This document shows, piece after piece, positions 28,276-38,677 of a stretch of DNA of 64,000 nucleotides (the first letter of the stretch is position 1; each line of letters starts with the position of its first letter). The translations under genes were made by a program, and so were the position numbers. The notes below the pieces were generated by a model. The model was not told the origin of the DNA, did no database searches, and was given only the letters and a program-made list of their open reading frames with translations. The stretch is from an uncultured Chloroflexia bacterium (GTDB lineage: Bacteria > Chloroflexota > Anaerolineae > JAAYZQ01), in NCBI GenBank assembly GCA_963700285.1, contig CAVOXA010000009.1, positions 192,001-256,000 on the forward strand, given 5' to 3'.

Positions 28276-30732
28276 CCGGCCAGGCCACGGCGACTGTCGT
28301 TCCGCGCCCCGGCGCGCTGTCGATGGTCAGCTTTGCGCCGATGGCCAGCGCACGCTCGCGCATGATCTGCAGGCCCATCTTGTCGCCACCAACCGAGGCG
28401 GGATCAAAACCGCGGCCATCGTCCTCGATGGACAGTATACCCTGTTCCACCTCTGGCCGCAAGGTCACGCGCACCCGCTTGGACCTGGCGTGCTTCGCAA
28501 TGTTGTTGAACGCCTCCTGGGCAATTCGATACAGGGCCACAGTAGTGTCCGCGGACAGCTCGTGCTCTCCGTGGATGTCCCATTCCACAGAAATGCGGGT
28601 CCGGCCGGTCAGGGTATCCCCCAGGTACTCCAGGAGTCTGCTTAGGTCAGTGGTCTCCAAGGTCCAGGGCCGCAGCTCGAAGAGCAAGGTACGCATTTCG
28701 GCCAGGGCGCCGCGCACCAACTGGCGAAGCTTGACCAGGTTGCGCTGGCCTTCCGCCGGATTGTGCGCCCATGTCTCCGGCAGGGCCTCAGCGATCAGCG
28801 TGGCGGCATAGATGGTTTGAGTCGCCGCGTCGTGCAGGTCCCGCGCCAGGCGGCTACGTACTTTGGCAGCGGCCGCTGCCTGTGCCTGCCGGGACAAGCG
28901 GGTGCTTTCGATGGCGGCAGCCAGGTCGACGGCAATGGTTTCGGCCAGGCGCACCTCGTCCGCCGTGAACAGGTGCCCCGGCTGGTCGCTGTGCGACCCA
29001 CAGCAGGCCTACGGCCGTTCCACGGATCACAAGCGGGATGAACATGATAGACTGGACCTGCCGGTGTATCAGCAACTCGCGCTCCAGGTCCGACTGCGGC
29101 AAGGATCGAACATCCGCGACGACCTGCGGTCTGGCTTCGCGCAGCACCTCGCCGATAACGGCCAGATCGTCCACAGAGACGTCCAACCGGGTGGGGCCGG
29201 ACTGCCCGGAACCGGGCTCACACCGGATATGGAAATAGAATCCCGCCTCCTCGCCTTCCCGCCAGAGGATGTGCACACAATGAGCGGCAAACAGGCCGGC
29301 TATGATCTTGCTGACTTGCGCCAGGGTAGCTGGCAGTTCGGTTGCGGCGGTCATGGTATGGGCGATACGGTTCAGCACGGTCAGCTCCTCGACGCGCCGC
29401 CGCAGCGTCTCCTCGGCCTCTATCCGCTCGGTGATATCGGTGCACACGGCAAGGCTGCCCCGGTAGTTGCCCTGGGGATCCAGGATCGGGCTGGCGGAAA
29501 TGAGCACGGGGACTGTGCCGCTGTCTCGGCGCCGGAAAACCGTCTCGTACGTGTCGGAAAAACCTGCTCTGCGCCGGGCGAGCCAGCCCAGGTGCTGCTC
29601 CTGGTCCTCAGCAGGGAAGATCTTGACCGACGCTTGGCCCAACAACTCGTCGCGCGCCCAGCCCACCATTGCACACAGGGAGTCGTTCACGTATGTCAAC
29701 TGCCCATCCTCGTCCACGACGGCCAGGCCCTCGCGCATGTTCTCGACGAGGAGCCTGTACCGCTCCTCGCTTGCCCGCAACGCCTCCTCGGCTCGTCTTT
29801 GCTCGGTGACGTCCAGGATCAGCGCCACACAGCCCGCCACGTTGCCCTGCTCGTCCAGGTGCGGAACATAGTTGCGCCACAGGACATAGGTCCGCCCATC
29901 AGCGCCTACGATCTCACCCTCCCACGACACGGCCTGCTGGCTGGCTGTGACTTGCTGTAGGTAGCGTGCGACTTCCGGATATGCTCTGGGGCTGGTGACC
30001 TCCTTCACCTTCTTGCCGACGATTTCCTTCTTGGAACGCCCCCAAAATCCTGCGTAGGCGCGGTTGGCGTGCAGGATGGTCCAGTCCGCATCCGTGTAGA
30101 CGACATAGGCCGGGACGTTGTCGATGATGAGGTCCAGTTGTTGTTGCCGGGTGCGAAGCTCTTGCTCGGCCTGCCTTTGCGCAGTGATGTCCAGGATCAG
30201 CACCACAAGGCCCTGCATGTCCCCCTGTTCGTCCATGTGCGGAACAGAGGTCACCCGTGCGAAAAGGCGCTGCCCCGTTGGACTTTCCTGCTGGAGCTCG
30301 TGCGTCAAGGTCTGCCGGCTGGCAACAGCCTGCCGAAGGTAAGGGGCGTTGCGCTCATACCCCGCGGGAGGGGCGACTTCCTCATAGTGCCTTGCCCACG
30401 ACCTGCTCCTTGGAATACCCCCACCATGCTGCCATGGCGTGGTTGGCGTGCAGGATGTTCAAGTCCGCATCCGCGTAGGCGATATAGGCTGGCACGCTGT
30501 CGATGATGAGCTCCAGTTCTTCCTGCGCCCGCCGCAGCTCTTCGTTCTGGATCTCCAGCTCGATCTGATGCACGCGCAGCTCGTGGATTAGGCGCCGGGC
30601 CTCCTCAAGCGAAAGCGCCTCCAGGTCCTGATCCCCGGTTGTCCTGGCTTTTTCCTCCGCTCGCTGGCGCAGGGTTGTCGGGTCCACCACGCGGTCGGCG
30701 CATTCTGTTCGTCCGTCATTCCGGGTCGCCAT
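28232..30732 (-). CDS. PAS(x3)-GAF-HisKA_3 sensor histidine kinase, frameshifted
   Basis: 'LIHELRVHQIELEIQNEEL', three PAS domains, GAF, 'RLARDLHDA', 'YRIAQEAFNNIAKHA', 'DDGRGFD', 'GL.IMRERA'. Frame breaks at ~30390/30360 (extra G's) and ~28990. Confidence 0.85.
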
Positions 30733-30920
30733 GCTGACCCTCCTGGGAGATCAAGATAGCGTTTTTTCCTTGCCCTGCTCCAAGGGCCGGGGGTGTGTGC
30801 CTGCCCGCTTATCATTGTATCAGCTTTGAGAAGCGGTGTCAACGTACAGGGCTGGGGTCTTGGGATTTGGGATTGAGGTCTATCAGACGCTGCCGGGCCA
30901 AGGCCGGCCGATTGAGGCCG

Positions 30921-31715
30921 CTACGTTCCCTCGGTGTGGGTCGAAAAGACGACCGTCCTTAGCACACCGTCGGCACCAGCGCCCGAGTAGCGGGTGTACT
31001 GGATGGCGATGCCGCGTTCCATCGGCTCTTGATGCACCCGCTGCATTTCCTTGGCGCCTTCGAGGGCGAAAGCGGCGATCGGTACGTCGGTGTCCTCCAC
31101 TTCGAAGCCGAGTCCCCGGATTCCTTGCTTGAGCTGCCGAGCGTTGGCCCAGATCCGCTCCCGAAACTCTAGATGTGACCGCACCTGCTCAACCCCGGCC
31201 AAGGTGGCCGCCGCCACTGGCGACGGCGGCGCACTGGCTGCGATCATGACAGGCCCGCTCCGTACCCGGTCGATGAACCCCTTCGGCCCCGGAATTACGC
31301 CGCCAAAACCGCCGAATGCCTTGGACAGGGTTCCCCCGAAGAGCAGCCGCTCGCCGACGAGACCATAGTGATCGTAGGTTCCCCTGCCGTGGGGTCCCAG
31401 GATCCCCACCGAGTGAGCCTCATCGAGCCATACTGTGCCGGCATAGGCTTCCAGGATCCGTATGTATTCGGGAACCGGCGCGATCCGGCCGAGGGTCGGG
31501 AACAGCCCGTCGGTCAGCAGGAGAGGCTTCGCGACGGTGCGAGGTTCTGCTCTAGCTGTATCTTCAGATCTTTGGGATCCATGTGGGCAAACCGATGGAC
31601 CGGCATACCGGTGGTCATGTCGTTGATACAATAGTGGGGCTGCTCGTCGACCAAGACCACGTCGAACACACCGGCCTCGTGCATCGCCTGTACCCCAGCC
31701 ATGTAGCTGAGGGTA
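30921..31715 (-). pseudogene. BioF/KBL-like PLP-dependent class II aminotransferase, N-terminally truncated and frameshifted
   Basis: 'LVDEQPHYCI', 'RFAH.D', 'LLTDGLF...G', 'LDEAHSVGILG..GRG', 'GTLSKAFG..GG'. The N-terminal region is missing and begins abruptly after the rhodanese stop; frameshift at ~31530. Confidence 0.75.
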
Positions 31716-31728
31716 GTCGTTAATTGAG

Positions 31729-32178
31729 CTACCGCTGCTCATCCAGTAGTTCATACCCGGCCGCCTTCCAGGCATTGAACCCACCATCTACCTCCAGCAC
31801 GTTGGTGTAGCCCAAGGCTGCCAGCTCTCGCGCTGCCGTGGTACTCATGTTACCACTGCGGCAGTAGAGCACGATCGGTGCATCTTTATCGGGCAGTTGA
31901 TCCTGATAGCCGGCAATCTGATCGAAGGGGATAAAGAGATCTGTCTGCTCGATCTCGCCCTCGTACGGAATGTGCACGTTGACCAGGGTAAAATCCTTGT
32001 CCTCCAGCATCCCGGCCAATTGCTCCACGTCGATGTCAGCATAGCCGTCCTCGTTCTTGGGGAATTCTCCGCTGGCTGCATTGCCCTCGGCTTCGGGGGC
32101 TGCCGGACCACAAGCGGTCACCAGTAAGGCCAGAACGGCCAGGAACCCAACCAGCGGCCATAGATTCTTCTGTTTCAT
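31729..32178 (-). CDS. Rhodanese-like domain lipoprotein
   Basis: Lipobox VTAC; active-site loop 'YCRSGNMS'; 'GGFNAW..AG'. Confidence 0.92.
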   Translation of the reverse strand: MKQKNLWPLVGFLAVLALLVTACGPAAPEAEGNAASGEFPKNEDGYADIDVEQLAGMLEDKDFTLVNVHIPYEGEIEQTDLFIPFDQIAGYQDQLPDKDAPIVLYCRSGNMSTTAARELAALGYTNVLEVDGGFNAWKAAGYELLDEQR

Positions 32179-32323
32179 CGTGATACTCCTCTGTTTGGTA
32201 TATGAACTGACAACGTCTCGAACTGCAATTCCACGCCATTGCCGGTGGGGTCGCGGACCAGAAGGTCGCTCTCAAACTCGCCATCACGCGGGTACTCGAC
32301 CCGAAAGCCGGACGCCAGCCTCC

Positions 32324-32782
32324 TCAAACTGGATCAGGGCGTCTTGAAAACTCTCCATTGGCAACGTCTATGGAAAATCTCAGGCCACCGCGGACCAGCG
32401 CGGCGACCAGTACGGCATGCGCATCAGACCCTGCTGGGGCGGACGCCTCCTGGGCGTCCGCAGACGAGGGCTCCTGGCTGCGTGCCGGTGCAAGTACCGG
32501 TTTGACTACTGTCCGATCCCCCCGCTCGTACAACGTGATGAGCCCCAATGGTCGCCGCAGAGCACCGGCTGCATAGAGCATTAGAACACTATAGCCTGGT
32601 TTCGCGCCGGTGGCTCCGCTGTGATCGGGTAAGGTCAGCGTGCCCCTGTCCCTCCTATCTGCCCCAACCACTGAACGCAGGCTGAAGGTACGCTGCACCA
32701 TCCATCCCTGTCGCTCCAGGGCCTCAACGATCTGCGCCTCGATCTCGTCGAACGGAAGGTCGGATGCAATCAGGTACTCCAT
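32324..32782 (-). CDS. Hypothetical protein
   Basis: GAGGTG RBS before ATG; 152 aa; N-terminus 'LE..G..VQRTFSL' weakly resembles DUF302. Confidence 0.55.
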   Translation of the reverse strand: MEYLIASDLPFDEIEAQIVEALERQGWMVQRTFSLRSVVGADRRDRGTLTLPDHSGATGAKPGYSVLMLYAAGALRRPLGLITLYERGDRTVVKPVLAPARSQEPSSADAQEASAPAGSDAHAVLVAALVRGGLRFSIDVANGEFSRRPDPV

Positions 32783-32919
32783 GACTCACCTCTGTGCCTC
32801 CAGTATACTCGGAGGACCCCCTTGGTGCAAGCGCACTTTGCCCCCTCTCCTCCAGGCTAAACAGCGCATATCACGGCGGCCTCACCATGGGCGAAATGGC
32901 CCATAGATTCGAACGCACA

Positions 32920-32949
32920 TTGACGCCGCGAGGAGATCTGTGGTAAGAT
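32920..32949 (+). promoter_or_regulatory. Sigma-70-like promoter
   Basis: TTGACG-N18-TAAGAT with TG-extended -10, upstream of the response regulator. Confidence 0.5.
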
Positions 32950-32996
32950 GAGAGACATGGGAAATCAAAGATCCAGCGAGTCTTCCGGAGGGAGCC

Positions 32997-33659
32997 GTGA
33001 CCGACGTCCAGCCGATCCGCGTTGTCCTGGCCGACGACCATGCTGTCGTTCGCAAAGGCATCCGCGAATTCCTCGAGGCCGAGGATGATATCCAGGTCGT
33101 AGCCGAGGCCGCCGATGGGGCCGAGGCCGTGTCCCTGGTTGCCGAGCACCGGCCCGACGTGGCCGTACTGGATATCCAAATGCCGGTAATGACCGGTATC
33201 GACGCCACGCGGCACATCAAGGCAAAACACCCGGATGTTCGGGTACTGGTTCTCACCGCCTACGATGACGACCCCTACATCTTTGCCCTCCTTCAAGCTG
33301 GGGCCAGCGGCTACATGCTCAAGACCGCGGACTCGAGAGAGCTGGTCCATGCCGTCCGGGCCGTGTACCGGGGAGAATCCGCCCTGGATCCAGCCGTGGC
33401 CCAGAAAGTGATCCAGCAGTTGACTTCTGGCCGGCCCTTGGGCGCCCAGGCCGCAGTTGAAGCGCTCACCGAGCGCGAGGTAGAAGTTTTGCGCCTAGCA
33501 GCCAGGGGCCTGACCAACAAGGCCATCGGGCAGGCGTTAGGCATCAGCGACCGGACGGTGCAGGGCCACCTGGCCAACATCTATGGCAAGCTCAACGCCG
33601 GCAGCCGGACGGAAGCGGTGACCGAGGCGCTGAAGCAGGGCTGGATCACCATCGAATGA
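32997..33659 (+). CDS. NarL/LuxR family response regulator
   Basis: 'LADDHAVVR', 'PDVAVLDIQMP', 'LTERE.EVL.L.A.GLTNK.I', GGAGG RBS. Confidence 0.95.
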   Translation: MTDVQPIRVVLADDHAVVRKGIREFLEAEDDIQVVAEAADGAEAVSLVAEHRPDVAVLDIQMPVMTGIDATRHIKAKHPDVRVLVLTAYDDDPYIFALLQAGASGYMLKTADSRELVHAVRAVYRGESALDPAVAQKVIQQLTSGRPLGAQAAVEALTEREVEVLRLAARGLTNKAIGQALGISDRTVQGHLANIYGKLNAGSRTEAVTEALKQGWITIE

Positions 33660-35453
33660 GCCGCGACGGGACTGAGGGGAACGCGGGGCAGGCTGGCCGG
33701 TCGAGAAGGTTGCCCCTCAGGCTGCGCGGGCTGACCTTCCAGATCGTGCTGTGGACGGTCTTGCCCCTGACGCTGGTACTCATCGGCGTGGCCTTTACCG
33801 GCGTCTACAGCCACGAGCAGTCCATGCGCCGACTGGTGCAGGAAAGGGACCAGGCGCTGGCGGCAGTCAGCGCTTCCCAGGCCACGGACCTTCTGCAGAT
33901 CCGGACAGAGGCACTGGCCAGGCTGGCGGCAGAGCAGCCTTTCCACCACCAGGATTACGCGACTGTCGAAAGCTTGCTGGCCGAGGCCGGAGACCTGGAT
34001 GGGCTGTTTGCGGATTCCGCCGTCCTGGTGGACGAGAGCGGCGATCTGATTGCCAGCGTGTCCTCCCCGCCCCCGTGGACGCAGGACGAACCACTGCCTG
34101 CATTGGCCCGCACCGCAATGGCCCAGCAGGACATCGCCATCACGCCTCCCTTTGAGACAGCCCTGGGAGAGTCCGTGGTGCTGATGGGCCTGCCGATCCA
34201 AGACGAGGCGGGAACGACCTATGGCGTATTGGCCGCCGTGGTGGCGCTAGACGGCCTGGAGCTGGAGAGCTTGTTGAGCCAGGTACGGGTGGGGGAACGA
34301 GGCGCCGTCTACCTGGTGGATGGTTCGGGGCAGATTCTGGCCAGTACCCCGGCGGACAAGGCCCGTTCCAGCTTTGCTGGGCCACAGCGGCCTCAAAGTA
34401 GCACTCCAGGATAACAGCCCGGGCGCTACCCTGTGCCACGGACCGGATGGCGAGCGGATGACCCTGGCCTATGCGCCGGTGGACTATGGTGGTCTTGGCT
34501 GGCGGGTACTCATCGAAGAACCCTGGCAGGAGGTGGTCGGTCCGGTACTCCGCTACTCCCAGTTTGTGCCCCTGGTGGCCGTGCTGGCGGCCATCGTTTC
34601 GGTTCTGGCGCTCTACTATGGCCTGCGGTCCATCGTCCGGCCGCTGCAAGCCCTGGGCCAGCAGGCGGAACGTGTCGCCTGGGGAGATTTCGAGGCTACA
34701 GGCTCGCCCGTAGGCGGCGTAGAGGAGATCGAGGATCTGCGCCGGACCCTGGACCAGATGGCCGGCCGCATCCAGAGCTACCAGCACGGGATGCACGACT
34801 ATATCGCCGCCATGACCGAAGGCCAGGAGGAGGAACGGAAGCGGCTGGCGCGCGAACTGCACGACGACACTGCGCAGTCCCTCATCGCCTTGAACCAGCA
34901 GGTGGAGATGGCCCAGAGGCTTCTGACCAAAGATCCGGATCGTGCCGCTGAGCGGCTAGCCTCCATGCGAACCATGCTCACGGAGACAATCGAGGCCGTG
35001 CGTCGTTTCAGCCGCAACCTGCGGCCCATCTACCTGGAGGACCTGGGCTTTATCCCGGCTTTGGAGATGCTGACGCGGGAGGCAGACCAGAGGGAAGCCG
35101 TCACCCTGCATTTTGTCACGGCCGGCGCGATACGCCGCCTGATGCCCGACCTGGAATTGGCCGCCTATCGCATCGTCCAGGAAGCGCTCAACAACGTGAT
35201 CCAGCACGCCAGGGCAAGCGAAGCCTGGGTCGAGGTGCGCTTTGAGGACAGTCAACTGGTTCTAGCGGTTCGGGATGACGGCCGGGGGTTCGAGGCCCCC
35301 GACCTGCCCGATGCCCTGGCCCGCCGGGGACACTTTGGCTTGATGGGCATTCAGGAACGGGCGCTGCTCTACGGCGGCCAGTTGACAATCCGCTCCGAGC
35401 TGAATGGCGGTACAGAGCTGATCGCCAGCCTTCCCACCCGCACTCCAGGATGA
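33656..35453 (+). CDS. Cache/HAMP-HisKA_3 membrane sensor histidine kinase, frameshifted near 34380
   Basis: TM1, Cache-like domain, TM2, HAMP, 'EERKRLARELHDD', 'YRIVQEALNN', 'DDGRGF', 'FGL.GI.ER'. Two overlapping ORFs join into one protein. Confidence 0.88.
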
Positions 35454-35525
35454 TCCCCCCGCGCGAGTAAAGATCTATCCTTCTTGTACCGTTATGCTAC
35501 ACCTTTCGTCTGCTTGCTGTCCGGC

Positions 35526-35768
35526 TTATTCACCCCCATCCTGCAATGCCTTGCGTAGAGGTGCCCCGACAAATGGCAGCCCAAAGAGCGGAGCAAAGAC
35601 ACACCGGTCAAAGATACCGGCAAGCAGAGGCACGAGGCCGATGATGGCCAGGATCCAGCCCACCGTGCCCTGGACGACCAATGGCCCGATCAGGACCAGA
35701 GCCAGGCCCACCACGATGCGCGTGATGCGTCCAGCCGGACTTGCCAAAAATCTAAACAATCCTTTCAT
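35526..35768 (-). CDS. DUF2892 (YgaP-like) small membrane protein
   Basis: 'GRITRIVVGLAL...IIGLVPLLAGIFD.C...PLFG'; AGGAGG RBS. Confidence 0.8.
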   Translation of the reverse strand: MKGLFRFLASPAGRITRIVVGLALVLIGPLVVQGTVGWILAIIGLVPLLAGIFDRCVFAPLFGLPFVGAPLRKALQDGGE

Positions 35769-35867
35769 ACTTCTAGACCTCCTGTGAGTTTCCTTCTAGA
35801 ACCTCCCCTATAAGCCCTCAGTGCGGGTTGGAGCTATGGCCTCGCACGCAGTGCACTCTCTAAGTTC

Positions 35868-35896
35868 ATTATAGTCTGAAGTCAGACCTTTGTCAA
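35868..35896 (-). promoter_or_regulatory. Consensus sigma-70 promoter with palindromic operator in spacer
   Basis: Minus strand reads TTGACA-aaggtctgacttcagac(17)-TATAAT; the spacer holds GTCTGA-N2-TCAGAC (35874-35887). Confidence 0.85.
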
Positions 35897-36082
35897 TTCA
35901 CCAACGACACGCACTTCCGGGCGTCACCCAAAATCGAGTAAGCGCCAAACATGCCACCTACTACTCTGCAAGGGCGACCTGACCCCGCCAGATGGCGGGG
36001 TGAGAACGCGCCGTTCGGCGCTGTTGTCTCCTGCACGGGCCTGCTATACTCTGCCTGGTATCCCATCTACATGGAGGCAACG

Positions 36083-36724
36083 ATGACCGAATCGAAAGGT
36101 ACCAAGTCAAAGGCATCCCGCAGCGCCAAGCGTGCTCGTTTCGCTGAGCCGGAGGCAAAGTCAGGCGGGGCCTCGCCGGTGGTCCTGATCGCCGGCCTGG
36201 TTGTGGTCCTGGCTATTATTGGCGGGATCGCTCTCTTGCTGGCAGGCTCGTCCCCAACGGCCGCCGAACCTGCCGCCGGCTCTCCTTCCAATACTTTGAC
36301 CAGCAATCGGACGGGCAGCCAGGGCCTGCTGGTCAGCGCCGCGACACAGGGCCACGATCCGTATCCCCTGGCCGTGGCCGAGAATGGCCAGGTACGGCTC
36401 CCGCTCTCCACCTTTGACGACTATGAAGCCCACTATTACACCTATATGCACGAAGGCAACTCCATCGAGTTCTTTGTCCTCAAGAGCCAGGACGGCACCG
36501 TTCGAGCGGCGTACAATGCCTGCGATGTGTGCTTTGCAGCCAAGAAGGGCTACACCCAAGATGGCGACGAAATGATCTGCAACAACTGCGGGCGCCGATT
36601 CCCCGCCGACCAGATCAATGTGCTACAGGGCGGCTGCAATCCCTCTCCTTTGACCCGAACTGTGGAGGGGGATACACTGATCATCCAGGAAGCGGATATT
36701 CTGGCCGGCATGGGCTACTTTTAG
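36083..36724 (+). CDS. DUF2318 domain (Cys-rich, putative Fe-S/metal) membrane-anchored protein
   Basis: 'RAAYNACDVC', 'GY.Q.G..MICNNCG..F', 'GGCNP.P'; one TM helix; GGAGG RBS. Confidence 0.9.
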   Translation: MTESKGTKSKASRSAKRARFAEPEAKSGGASPVVLIAGLVVVLAIIGGIALLLAGSSPTAAEPAAGSPSNTLTSNRTGSQGLLVSAATQGHDPYPLAVAENGQVRLPLSTFDDYEAHYYTYMHEGNSIEFFVLKSQDGTVRAAYNACDVCFAAKKGYTQDGDEMICNNCGRRFPADQINVLQGGCNPSPLTRTVEGDTLIIQEADILAGMGYF

Positions 36725-36736
36725 GGGGTGCCAACG

Positions 36737-37894
36737 ATGCGGTTGAGAGATGTAACCCTACGCAACCTGCGTCGCCGCAAGGGACGCAAACTTTTGCTCG
36801 TTGCCGGCATGTCCATCGGGGTGGCGACCGTCGTAGCCCTGATGGCCATCACGACGACGATGCAGGCTGATGTCGCCACCAAGCTGGACGAGTACGGGGC
36901 TAACATTCTGATCGTACCCAAGGCCAATGATCTCTCCTTGTCCTACGGCGGCGTTGCCGTCGCCTCAGCAGCCTACGACGTCGGCGAACTGACCGAAGCT
37001 GATCTGGACCGCATCCAGACCATCAAGAACGCGCGCAATATCAGCGTCGTCGCGCCCAAGCTTCTGGGGGCCATGCCCATCGGCGGCCAAACGGTGCTGG
37101 TGGCCGGCGTGAGATTTGACGACGAACTGCGACTCAAGCAGTGGTGGGACATGGAGGGCGCTGAGCCAAACTCCCAGGACGAGGCTCTGGCCGGACTGCG
37201 CCTGGCTCGCACCCTGGATCTGGGCGCTGGCGATGACGTCAACATAGACGGCCATACCTTTCGAGTGACAGGTATCCTGGCCGAGAACGGATCCCAGGAT
37301 GACGACATCCTCTTCATTGACTTGGGTGCTGCCCAGCAAGTCATGGACAAACCCCAGAGCGTGAGCCTGGTGGAGGTGGCCGCTCTCTGTACCGAGTGCC
37401 CGGTAGAGGATATGGTCGAGCAGATCGGCGGCGTGCTACCTCAGGCGCGCGTAACTGCCCTCAGGCAGGCCGTGACGCTTCGTATGGAGACGGTAGGGCA
37501 GTTGAGCCGCTTTGCCCTGGCCGTGTCAGCGGTCGTGGTCGCCATCGGTGGATTGGTGGTACTGACCACCATGCTGGGTGCCGTGGCCGAGCGGCGACAG
37601 GAGATCGGTCTGTTTCGGGCGCTGGGATTCCGCCGGCAGCACGTGATGAATATTGTACTCGGCGAGGCTGCCTTGGTCAGCCTGGCAGGGGGCATCGTGG
37701 GCTGGTTGGTGGGCATGGCCGCAGCCATCGTATTGTCACCACGCTTGGCCAGCCTGACTTCCGCTGTGCAGTGGAATCCTTGGCTGGCCTTGGGCGCAGT
37801 CGGCGGAGCACTGCTCGTCGGCCTTCTGGCCAGCCTGTACCCTGCCATCAGCGCCTCACGGTTGGATCCAACTACCGCGCTGCGGTCCTTGTAG
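36737..37894 (+). CDS. MacB/FtsX-type ABC transporter permease
   Basis: 'RNLRRRK', extracytoplasmic domain containing ALCTECP, 'ERRQEIGLFRALG', 'YPA..A.RLDP..AL'. Confidence 0.92.
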   Translation: MRLRDVTLRNLRRRKGRKLLLVAGMSIGVATVVALMAITTTMQADVATKLDEYGANILIVPKANDLSLSYGGVAVASAAYDVGELTEADLDRIQTIKNARNISVVAPKLLGAMPIGGQTVLVAGVRFDDELRLKQWWDMEGAEPNSQDEALAGLRLARTLDLGAGDDVNIDGHTFRVTGILAENGSQDDDILFIDLGAAQQVMDKPQSVSLVEVAALCTECPVEDMVEQIGGVLPQARVTALRQAVTLRMETVGQLSRFALAVSAVVVAIGGLVVLTTMLGAVAERRQEIGLFRALGFRRQHVMNIVLGEAALVSLAGGIVGWLVGMAAAIVLSPRLASLTSAVQWNPWLALGAVGGALLVGLLASLYPAISASRLDPTTALRSL

Positions 37895-37908
37895 GGAGGG
37901 TATGGGGC

Positions 37909-38580
37909 ATGATCGAACTTCAGAACCTGACCAAGACCTACAATGGCGGCAGCGTGCCCGTCCATGCCCTGCGGGACGTGACTTTCCACGTCGACGAAGG
38001 CCAGTTCGTGGCCGTCATGGGACCTTCGGGTTCGGGCAAGAGCACGCTGCTCACCGTCCTTGGGGCGATGAATCCACCGACACGGGGCCGGGTACAGGTC
38101 GACGGAATCGACGTCTATGGCCTCCCGCTTGAACGCCAGGCTGATTTTCGCCAGGAATATGTAGGATTTGTCTTCCAGCAGCTCCAGCTCTTGCCCTACC
38201 TCACTGCCCAGGAGAACGTGCTGCTGGCTTTGGCCATCGCCCGCTTGCCCAAGCAGGAAAAACTGGCGCGCGCCCGCGAGGCAATGGAGCGGGTGGGGCT
38301 GCAAGGCAAAGAGGACCGGCTTCCCAGCCAGCTTTCGGGCGGGGAACAGGGCCGGGTCGCGGTGGCGCGAGCCATCGTCAACCAGCCGCCGCTTCTCCTG
38401 GCCGATGAGCCGACCGGCAACCTGGACCAGGCTACCGGCACACAGGTCCTGGACCTGTTGCGGGATCTAAACAGTGCGGGCCAAACCGTGATCATGGTCA
38501 CCCACGACCTGCAGGCTGCAGAATATGCGAGTCGCAAGGTAAACATCCTCGACGGCCGGATCGTCGGCGATCACCAGTAG
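37909..38580 (+). CDS. ABC transporter ATP-binding protein (LolD/MacB type)
   Basis: GPSGSGKST, GFVFQ, LSGGE, LLADEPTGNLD, VTHD. Confidence 0.95.
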   Translation: MIELQNLTKTYNGGSVPVHALRDVTFHVDEGQFVAVMGPSGSGKSTLLTVLGAMNPPTRGRVQVDGIDVYGLPLERQADFRQEYVGFVFQQLQLLPYLTAQENVLLALAIARLPKQEKLARAREAMERVGLQGKEDRLPSQLSGGEQGRVAVARAIVNQPPLLLADEPTGNLDQATGTQVLDLLRDLNSAGQTVIMVTHDLQAAEYASRKVNILDGRIVGDHQ

Positions 38581-38677
38581 TCCCATTCGACGCAAGAAAG
38601 AGCGCCAGCCATGTGGGCCATAGACCCGGGCTGGCGCTGAAGCGCCTACTACGAACCTGTGCTCACCTACCGCGCAA

